From: Epithemia pelagica
Lineage: Eukaryota > Protista > Bacillariophyta
Reading direction: 5' to 3'
Length of the DNA stretch: 64,000 nucleotides
NCBI GenBank assembly: GCA_946965045.2
Contig: OX337231.1
Coordinates: 2,046,001 to 2,110,000, forward strand
The position numbers and the translations under genes are program-made. Positions 56,014 through 64,000 of the stretch are shown in pieces. A model generated the notes under the pieces. The model was not told where the DNA came from, made no database searches, and saw only the letters and a list, made by a program, of their open reading frames with translations. The number at the start of each line of letters is the position of its first letter. Position 1 is the first letter of the stretch.

Positions 56014-57025
56014 TTCCATGATACTACCTAGTTTGCAAATACCAGAACCTTGTACCAATCCAGTAGATCTAGTCTAGGATGACGTTGAGATGCATGTTGT
56101 TGCATAGTATCGTTCATGACTTTGATCAATGCTTGATCGAAAAGTGTCCAGTTGCTAGTAGTAATGAGGGAGCAACCCTAGGTAGGTAGTGTTACGTTGT
56201 TGCCATGTCTTGGCTAGAAAACTGGAACGAGACTCGATGCCGTCTTTCGGAAGCCCCAGAATTGAAAGAATGGACTTTCAGGGATTCTCGCATGGGAGAG
56301 TATCCTCGAAATAGTGACTCCTCCCTATCCATAGATAGAGCTACCCCACCATCCCTAGAATGTGCTGCCTTTTGGCCCTCGTGTGGTTCATCTAACTCTC
56401 TCTCCCCCCCTCTCTCTCTCTCTCTCTTTGTGAACATCTACGGTGTGATTTGTCCATCCATCCATCATCCCGTCCGCACACATTCTGCCTCTGGACCCAA
56501 CCAATCACCACCACCACCACAGAGCACAAACGACACGACCGCCATGGTCGTGGTCGCGGGAGTACCATCTCTCCTGTGCGCGCACAAGTGTGTATTTGCG
56601 TCCCGAACGGACACGGTAGACTACGAACGTTGCAGACAGGACACGAGTACGGACTCCCATGTGTATAGGCATGTGCATAGGCTACGAGTATTGGCATCCG
56701 GTCGGACAACGACTATATGCAGTAAGAAGGCAGTCTATTTTGTGTCATGTGTATAAATAAAAAAGAGGATGGAGTACTTCCAAGTCAACAACGAATAGGA
56801 ATCGAAACGAGATCAGTGATTTGTAAGTATAACAAGAGTGAAGCGAGGACCGTGTGTGTGATATATAGGATAGATGTGTAACATGAACGACACTGGAGAA
56901 AAATCTCGTGGTCCACAGGACGGTACTGATACAAACGGGAATCATGTAAAGAATAGAACGAGAGAATCTCGATGCCGCAGAGAAGAGGTAGTCCAGGCGG
57001 TCCAAGTACTTCTTGGTTGGGTGCC

Positions 57026-57964
57026 TTAGAGGAGGGCCGACACGGCGGCCGAGGCGGGAACGACCGTGGTTCGGACCGGATGACGTTTGGGAGACCACGA
57101 GGCAGTGGTCGAAGCTGTGGTAATGGTGGAATCGTCCAAGGGATCGTCGGATGACGACAGGGACGATGTGGAAGAGGACAAGGAAGCCGATGACGAAGCA
57201 AGATTGGGTGGCAAGGCACCCCTTCCTTTTCGTCGAGAGTGTCGTTTTGGTTGCTGCTTTTGTTGTTGTTGTTGAAAGTCCCATTCGGCTTGATCCATGG
57301 CCTGTTGGACTTGTTGACGGTGTCGATGCAAATGTCGGACCTTGCGTCGTTCCCGACCCTTGCCCACGGCTTGGGAACTAATGGCAGCACAGGCACCGGC
57401 GGCAATGCCTCCCAAGGGTCCACCCACCAAGCATCCCGTGACACCACCGACAATGCCCCAGGCGGCCGATCGACGATGCCGACGCAGCTTCAATTCCATC
57501 ACGTCTGGATGATACTGCAAGTTTTGGGGATCCATTGCAGTCGTCGGAGAAGGCGTAGGCATGGGTGCCAGGACAGGTGGAGGAGCCATGGGAGTCCTTG
57601 TGGTTGCCAGGCTTGTTCCCACGACGACGGGATCAGCCATGGCGGTCGGTGTCTCTGAGATGGCGGGAGTCAAGGACCCCGTATTGTTTTGCTCGTCATC
57701 CTGGTCGTGTGGCTCCCGTGCTGCCACGACTTTGGTTTGCTCGTCTGTTTCTTGGATCCGGGTGGTCATGTCCTTGTCCTTGTCGTCGTCTGGGAATTTC
57801 TGGTGGGTGGCCTCCATCGCATCGTTGTCGTTGTCGTCGTGGTGGTGGGAGTCACGAATATCGTCATCCTCGTCATCGTCATCCTGGAGCAGGATGGTGG
57901 ACAATTCGACGGCATCGACCAACAAACTATCTTCGGCATCGTCAATGGAAAACTGGCCCGACAT
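57026..57964 (-). CDS. Low-complexity hypothetical protein with glycine-zipper-like hydrophobic segment (312 aa)
   Basis: Acidic N-terminus, AAWGIVGGVTGCLVGGPLGGIAAGACAAI segment, and a Q/S-rich tail. Confidence 0.55.
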   Translation of the reverse strand: MSGQFSIDDAEDSLLVDAVELSTILLQDDDDEDDDIRDSHHHDDNDNDAMEATHQKFPDDDKDKDMTTRIQETDEQTKVVAAREPHDQDDEQNNTGSLTPAISETPTAMADPVVVGTSLATTRTPMAPPPVLAPMPTPSPTTAMDPQNLQYHPDVMELKLRRHRRSAAWGIVGGVTGCLVGGPLGGIAAGACAAISSQAVGKGRERRKVRHLHRHRQQVQQAMDQAEWDFQQQQQKQQPKRHSRRKGRGALPPNLASSSASLSSSTSSLSSSDDPLDDSTITTASTTASWSPKRHPVRTTVVPASAAVSALL

Positions 57965-59073
57965 GGTGGTGGTTGCTGTTGCAGTAGTAGTGGTTGTAGT
58001 TGTGGTTGTGGTGGTAGGAACAAATGAGGTTCTCTTGTAGAAAACAGTTGTGGTGTTTGTGGTGGTGTTTGTAGTGGTAAGAAGAATGGCTCGTTCCCGA
58101 TTGTGCTTGTTCCTTCTGCTTGCTTATTGGGAATGTGGGACTTGCTCCGGATCCGTCGGATGCTTCCGCAACAATGCTTGCTTTTGTGTGTGTTTGTATG
58201 TGTCGTTGCACTTCAAATCTTGGAAAGCAACCGCCAATCACTTCTTACTTTGGAAGAGTGAAGGCGCTTTGAAAAAATGTGCTTTGCCACAAAGACTGTA
58301 CTCCGTATCGTCAAATTTATTGTGAAATGTGGGAAGGGAGGAGGCGCGCCACCACCAAATGAGCGAGTGCTGCGGGACCACGGCCGGTAGCGAGACGAAC
58401 AAAAAGTACAGTCGGAAAATTTTACCTTCCTCCCGCCTCCCTGGTATGGCAGAATGTGTACAGCCGGTGCGCTGCGCGGAGCAGAGGATGCGCGTTGGGG
58501 GTTGGGGGGCGTGGTTGAACCCTCGTTCCCGAGTTCTCTTTCGCATTCGGAACCACCAAAACGAGACGGAACTTGTGTCATTGGGGGACCAGCCGTTCAC
58601 ATTCATTCTGGATGGAGGCGTGCCACTCTACGGAAACTACGAAGAACTCCTATTGGTCAAACCATGTGTGCGTCTCGTTCGACAACTGCCAACCACATCA
58701 TTTTTTCCTCCATTCTTCTTCTTTCGCAGTGTGCGACACAAGAGACCAGCGAGATATCCACCAACAGAGAACACGATCGATAACGACGCGGGAGTTCCAC
58801 GACAGCGCGAACTCAGAGGATGAGTTTGCTCCAAGCTCCAAGAGATATGTATTATGGTGCTGCTGCGATTCTTCGTAGAGCGACGAAAGCGTTCTCTCTG
58901 GTACCTACCAACTCACTACTACCTCTAGTCTACTAGGTAGTAGCGAGTCGAGTAGGTAAGTATAGGTTGGTGCTTGACCATGGTCTACCCATATTGTTGT
59001 GGGATGGACCTACATGTAGTGCGCTCTACCGAATAGAGCTCTAGAGGCTCGGTCTTTCATTCGGCTACAATCT

Positions 59074-59076
<3 letters not shown>

Positions 59077-59130
<54 letters not shown>
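59077..59130. repeat. (GT)27 microsatellite
   Basis: Perfect GT run. Confidence 0.97.
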
Positions 59131-59132
<2 letters not shown>

Positions 59133-59782
59133 CACAAACGAACTGGCTCCCACGATGTGTGGTGGAACGACAATGGCTCGTACTACGAGTATACACACGC
59201 ATGGTTGTTTGTTGGGAGGAATGTGTGGAGGATTAGAATAATTACAGGGTTGATTTCTTTTTTGTTGTAACACGATTGAGATCCACAAAACAAAAACGTT
59301 CTTGGCTGCGCTCCATACAATGGCACTCTGGGCGGCAAGGCTCCTTGTTGGAGCCAACTTTCATTGGGTGTTGTTGTTGCTGTTGCTGCTGTTGCTGTAG
59401 TCGAATCCGTCCATTTTCGTTTGGTTCTTCCATGTACAGGACTGGATAATAGTGTGATGATTCGTCACTCGATACGAATCCTATTGTATGGCGTTTCCCC
59501 GCCACCACCAACCATTACATGTCCCTGAATCTCCCAACCGGGTCACCAACACTGCCAGTCATGACTATTCAAAACCATCCAGCACACAGTCCCTCGGTAC
59601 GATCATCGACCAAGAGTGGACTGAGCCAGAGAGGGATAAGGCGTTTTGCTGCAGTGGTTGCATGGGACGACAGAGTGGACCTGTTACCCGGTCCAAGTCC
59701 ATGTTCTTGCCGAACGCACTTTGCGTGGAGAGGACGGGTCGTAATGACTCTGGAAGGGAGAATCGTTCCCCAGTTTTCTCGG

Positions 59783-62700
59783 TTATTCGGAACCATCCGA
59801 TTCCCCCTGCCCAATGTCATTGTCATTCTTGCGCCGACCGCTTCTCCCTTTTTTCGATGGTTGTTCCACGGACGGTGCATTGGACAGGGAAGGATTGGTA
59901 CTGGGAATACTCGACAGACTGGGTTCGGTACTGGGAACATCCGATGGTGCATTGGATGGAGCACTGGACAAGGAAGGATTCGAACTCGGCTGACTGGAAA
60001 CACTGGGAGCTTGACTTGGTTCGTCACTCGGTTCACTGGATGTCGAGGGGGCATTGGAAACAGATGGCTCGTTCGAAGGCACATTGGAGGGCAGCATCGA
60101 TGGCATGGTACTGGGAGCTACGCTCAAGGATGGTTCATTGGATGGTTGAACCGATGGATTGCCGGAAGGAGCCGTCGAAAGGGATGGTTTGTTACTTGGT
60201 TGGGCAGACACACTGGGAGCTTCGCTGGGCATTGTGGACGGTGACAGACTTGGACGACTCGATTCCGATGGCTCGGAGGACGGATTGGTAGATGGTTGCG
60301 CAGAAGTACTGGGAGCATTGGACAGAGATGGCGTCGTACTTGGCATTCCAGAAACAGACGGCATCGGACTTGGTTGTGTCGAAGGAGCGGTACTGGTACT
60401 GGGATTCGCCGACGTAGAGGGAGCACTGGAAATGCTGGGGGAATTGCTTGGCGCGTCGGTCGGAGGAAGGACAGGTTCCGATATTTTGGTCAATTCTTGA
60501 AAGGCCGGATTCCCACTGTTCTGTAGTCGATTCACCAAATTGTCTGTAACCGTTTCATCTTCCAAGGGGATGGTCACCAAAGCTTGTGGCCCAAGGTTAG
60601 ATCCACCTGTTTGTGTGACAAACAGAAACTGATCAAACTCCAATTTCAATCCACCATTTTTACCAGGGACAAGCTCTTGCTCCAAGTTCTCAATGTTTGT
60701 GACAAAGTTAAGGACAGCGGCTTCGGCGAGGATTCGACCATTGTTGGTGTCCTGTTGGTCGCCGGTGAAAAAAGCAGTATAGGTAGCAGCAAACTCGGCA
60801 GCAAAAATGGCTTGAGCATTGTCATCCAGTTCATTGTCAATGTCTAGGGTGACACTAATGCCTTGAACCACCGTAGCAATGGTAGCTGGGCCTGGTACAG
60901 AAGCAATGCTGGGTTCATTCGAGGGAGCATCCGATGGAGCATCGGAAGGACTCTCCGATGGATTGTCAGATGGTGCCGATGACACGGATGGAGCATTCGA
61001 CAAAGACGGATTGGAACTGGGAGCACTGGATAGGGACGGTGCAACACTCACACTTGGCGAATTTGATGGGTTGTCGGATGGAGACGATGAAGGGTTCGTC
61101 GATGGACTATCAGAAGGTGCAGATGACACGGATGGAGCATTCGACAAAGACGGATTGGAACTGGGAGCACTGGATAGGGACGGTGCAACACTCACACTTG
61201 GCGAATTTGATGGGTTGTCGGATGGAGACGATGAAGGGTTCGTCGATGGACTATCAGAAGGTGCAGATGACACGGATGGAGCACTCGACGAGCTCGGTTG
61301 GGAACTAGGAGCACTGGATAGGGACGGTGCAACACTCACACTCGGCGAATTTGATGGGGCATCCGACGGTGACAATGAAGGGCTCACCGATGGATTATCC
61401 GAAGGCGCAGAAGACACGGATGGAGCGGCAGATCCACTTGGTGCAGAGCTGGGAGCGCTTGATAGTGACGGTGCTGTACTTGAGCTCGGCGAATTTGATG
61501 GGGCATCCGACGGTGACAATGAAGGGCTCACCGATGGATTATCCGAAGGCGCAGAAGACACGGATGGAGCGGCAGATCCACTTGGTGCCGAGCTGGGAGC
61601 GCTTGATAGTGATGGCGCTGTACTTGTGCTTGGACTACTAGACGGATTCTCAGTCGGAGCTGTTTCGGATGGACTGTTCGATGGAGCAGACGAATCTGAT
61701 GGAGCACTCGAAGAACTTGGTTGGGAACTAGGAGCGCTTGATAGTGACGGTGCTGAACTTGTACTTGGGCTACTGGACGGGGTATCAGTCGGAGCTGTTT
61801 CGGATGGACTGTTCGATGGAGCAGACGAATCTGATGGAGCACTCGAAGTGCTTGGTTGGGAACTAGGAGCGCTTGATAGTGACGGCGCTGCACTTGTGCT
61901 TGGACTACTGGACGGGGTATCAGTCGGAGTATTGTCTGAGTCGGTTGGACTGTTCGATGGAGCACTGCTTGGTTGGGAACTAGGAGCGCTTGATAGTGAC
62001 GGCGCTGCACTTGTGCTTGGACTACTGGACGGGGTGTCAGTCGGAGAATTGTCTGGGTCAGTTGGACTGTTCGATGGAGCATCGGTAGGATTGCTCGAAG
62101 GTGCCGATGAAAGTGATGGAGCGGTACTTGGAGAGTCTGTTGCGCTAGAAGGTGTACTTGAAGGAGCACTTGAGGGCATTTCCGATGGAGAATCCGATGG
62201 CCTTTCTGAAGGAGATGCACTTGGAAACCGAGAAGGCGATACACTTGGGGCTCTGGAAGGTGCATCGGAAGGAGATACGCTTGGGATTTGGGACGGGGGA
62301 TCGGTTCGAATAGGTGTTGGAACATTCGTGGGAGAGCTGCTTGGAAGTCGACTTGGAGGTTCACTTGGCGTTGCGCTAGGAACGCGGGTCGGTGACACAC
62401 TTGGAGTAAGAGAAGGAAACTCCGAAGGAGGTACACTCGGCGCTGTGGATGGGGCATCCGATGGTGACACCGATGGTGCAGGGGACCTTGTTGGAGCCAC
62501 GGATGGCTGTGACGAAGTACTTGGTGCTGGGGAAACCGATGGTGCTGTCGAAGGAGCAGCAGACGGAGCTTCTGTCTTGAAATTCTTTCGCTTGTACACT
62601 TTGATATGATTTCTTGCACCGACCGCAAGCTTCCCGCCACTTCTTGATAACGATAACTCCAGTTGACGGCAGGGCAATTTTGAAACTGGGACACCAGGTC

Positions 62701-64000
62701 CAATGACGTAGTAGTGATTCTCGACAATCGAATACGTAGCCACTCGCGTAACTTGGTTCTTTGACACCTGGCCCACAGCCACTGTGAAGCCAGTTCCTGA
62801 TAATGCCAGAGACGAGCCCAGCTTTGTCCCCCGTGTTTTCCCTGTAATATCAGGGATCCGTTTTTCCCATTGTGCTTCATCCTGTGAGACAGCGAGATCG
62901 AATATTCGAACAACTCCGGCATGGGCTCCGACACCCACGACTGTTACTCCCGGACAGCCCGTTGCCAACCTTCGACCACTTTCGTCAAGCTCTACCGTTG
63001 TTCCACAACGATCGCCGTGAAAATGACCTTGTAAAATCTCTTCTCCCACTATTGGCAAGAAGTTGTTGGCGTCTTCCGAAAACCGAAATGTGTCGACTCC
63101 TCCAGCGTTGTTGTTCCGCGCCGGACACCCAATAGCTAGCACATTGCCATCTTCCGACATGGATGTACTTTTTCCGCAATGATCAAAATTGGTGTTATTG
63201 TGTGTAAAGAACGATGGTTCCCAAAGAAACTGGCTGTTCATATTGAACACAATACCACCGTCACCACCCGGTGCACCAACCAACACTTGGTACCCTTCCA
63301 ATCCAATATTCACCGATGTACCCGCACGGCCAAAGACGCCAAAATCAGAAAAGACACCTCCGTACTGGACCCATTTCGTCGAGTTGTTCAAAAAGTAGGT
63401 AAAGAATCCTCCGCGTCCACCATTGCATTGCGGACACCCCACAACAATGGAAGGGAACGGATAGGATCCCGTGATATCTACGTCAGCCCCAAACCTCCCG
63501 TAAATGTCGGGAGAGAAAATATCTTGTCCGAGTTGTTTCCATTGCCCCCAGGAAAATGACTCGTACACCCGCACAATGCTGTTGACGCGTGGATAGTGGG
63601 ACTTGGGATCCTGAGCCGACGGAATGCGCGCTGGAAGGCCCACCACCATGATTTGCCCATCGTCACTCAGAGCCACTGTTTTCCCTCGTACCGCAGGAGG
63701 ACATCGGATCCACTCCCGGTACGCTCGAGGCGCAACGGCCCGAAAGGCGTCCTTTTTGCCCTTACCTCCTCGTTTCTTGCCCTTTTTGGACTTTTTCCCC
63801 GACGAATAGCGTCGGCGGGGATTGAGGTATGCGTTGGCATACTGATTGTAGTAGTTGCCATATCCAACCGCTTGGCGAACAACTTGCTTTTGTTCTGGAC
63901 TGATTTGAGAACCGTCAAACGCGTCCAGGTCGGGTGGGAGCCCCTCTACATGGCTTTCCATTCCAGAAACGACTGTTGGCACTGCTGGTGCTGCACTCAT
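59783..64000 (-). CDS. Large mucin-like extracellular protein: FG-GAP-like 7-blade beta-propeller + Ser/Pro repeat stalk + SEA-like domain (probably 5'-partial)
   Basis: About seven G-x-x-V-x-(L/M)-S-x-x-G...(A/V)-x-G-(A/C)-P blades, a long PSxxPS region, a globular insert (VVQGISVTLD...LVNRLQ), then more PS repeats. The ORF touches the window end and no signal peptide is visible. Confidence 0.8.
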   Translation of the reverse strand: MSAAPAVPTVVSGMESHVEGLPPDLDAFDGSQISPEQKQVVRQAVGYGNYYNQYANAYLNPRRRYSSGKKSKKGKKRGGKGKKDAFRAVAPRAYREWIRCPPAVRGKTVALSDDGQIMVVGLPARIPSAQDPKSHYPRVNSIVRVYESFSWGQWKQLGQDIFSPDIYGRFGADVDITGSYPFPSIVVGCPQCNGGRGGFFTYFLNNSTKWVQYGGVFSDFGVFGRAGTSVNIGLEGYQVLVGAPGGDGGIVFNMNSQFLWEPSFFTHNNTNFDHCGKSTSMSEDGNVLAIGCPARNNNAGGVDTFRFSEDANNFLPIVGEEILQGHFHGDRCGTTVELDESGRRLATGCPGVTVVGVGAHAGVVRIFDLAVSQDEAQWEKRIPDITGKTRGTKLGSSLALSGTGFTVAVGQVSKNQVTRVATYSIVENHYYVIGPGVPVSKLPCRQLELSLSRSGGKLAVGARNHIKVYKRKNFKTEAPSAAPSTAPSVSPAPSTSSQPSVAPTRSPAPSVSPSDAPSTAPSVPPSEFPSLTPSVSPTRVPSATPSEPPSRLPSSSPTNVPTPIRTDPPSQIPSVSPSDAPSRAPSVSPSRFPSASPSERPSDSPSEMPSSAPSSTPSSATDSPSTAPSLSSAPSSNPTDAPSNSPTDPDNSPTDTPSSSPSTSAAPSLSSAPSSQPSSAPSNSPTDSDNTPTDTPSSSPSTSAAPSLSSAPSSQPSTSSAPSDSSAPSNSPSETAPTDTPSSSPSTSSAPSLSSAPSSQPSSSSAPSDSSAPSNSPSETAPTENPSSSPSTSTAPSLSSAPSSAPSGSAAPSVSSAPSDNPSVSPSLSPSDAPSNSPSSSTAPSLSSAPSSAPSGSAAPSVSSAPSDNPSVSPSLSPSDAPSNSPSVSVAPSLSSAPSSQPSSSSAPSVSSAPSDSPSTNPSSSPSDNPSNSPSVSVAPSLSSAPSSNPSLSNAPSVSSAPSDSPSTNPSSSPSDNPSNSPSVSVAPSLSSAPSSNPSLSNAPSVSSAPSDNPSESPSDAPSDAPSNEPSIASVPGPATIATVVQGISVTLDIDNELDDNAQAIFAAEFAATYTAFFTGDQQDTNNGRILAEAAVLNFVTNIENLEQELVPGKNGGLKLEFDQFLFVTQTGGSNLGPQALVTIPLEDETVTDNLVNRLQNSGNPAFQELTKISEPVLPPTDAPSNSPSISSAPSTSANPSTSTAPSTQPSPMPSVSGMPSTTPSLSNAPSTSAQPSTNPSSEPSESSRPSLSPSTMPSEAPSVSAQPSNKPSLSTAPSGNPSVQPSNEPSLSVAPSTMPSMLPSNVPSNEPSVSNAPSTSSEPSDEPSQAPSVSSQPSSNPSLSSAPSNAPSDVPSTEPSLSSIPSTNPSLSNAPSVEQPSKKGRSGRRKNDNDIGQGESDGSE
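60940..62110. repeat. Intragenic tandem repeats with 144-, 135- and 117-bp periods
   Basis: GAGCACTGGA at 61021/61165/61309; CTCGGCGAATTTG at 61341/61485; CAGTCGGAG at 61651/61786/61921/62038. Confidence 0.9.

Noticed and set aside
60879-62609. 576-aa G/D/E-rich + strand ORF and 468-aa alternate-frame ORF
   Set aside because: By-products of the stop-poor PS repeat region.
1-64000. tRNA, rRNA, snRNA/SL-RNA genes or CRISPR arrays
   Set aside because: No T-loop or cloverleaf, rRNA or repeat-spacer signatures found by eye; tRNAscan or Infernal would be needed to exclude them.

Overview
Eukaryotic nuclear DNA, very probably from a pennate diatom (inferred from bipartite plastid-targeting presequences such as ASAFAP, diatom-type RNI-like LRR and Ser/Pro-repeat proteins, and an Ambal-type LINE). 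The left third is an accessory region. It starts with a 5' fragment of a piggyBac transposase running off the window edge, then about 2.5 tandem copies of a ~5 kb module in which an RNI-like LRR gene sits head-to-head with a restriction-endonuclease-like + kinase (Crinkler-type) gene. A full-length CRE-like (RLE) non-LTR retrotransposon is inserted in the shared promoter between copies 2 and 3. The remainder holds housekeeping genes (menB, ankyrin-DHHC palmitoyltransferase, acetyl-CoA synthetase, RPL13), a broken class-III aminotransferase, and a tiny intron-split plastid protein missed by the ORF track. It also holds two paralogous Ubl + Cys-rich + RING-H2 genes (one with a ubiquitin-type LRLRGG tail, one with a SUMO-type QEQTGG tail), a full-length Ambal-like LINE (APE-RT-RNase H) with an 18-bp TSD and an oligo-T 3' end, a BMT5-like methyltransferase / pseudouridine-synthase fusion, and a large beta-propeller + Ser/Pro-repeat mucin-like protein. 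All assignments come from motif recognition by eye; no searches were run.
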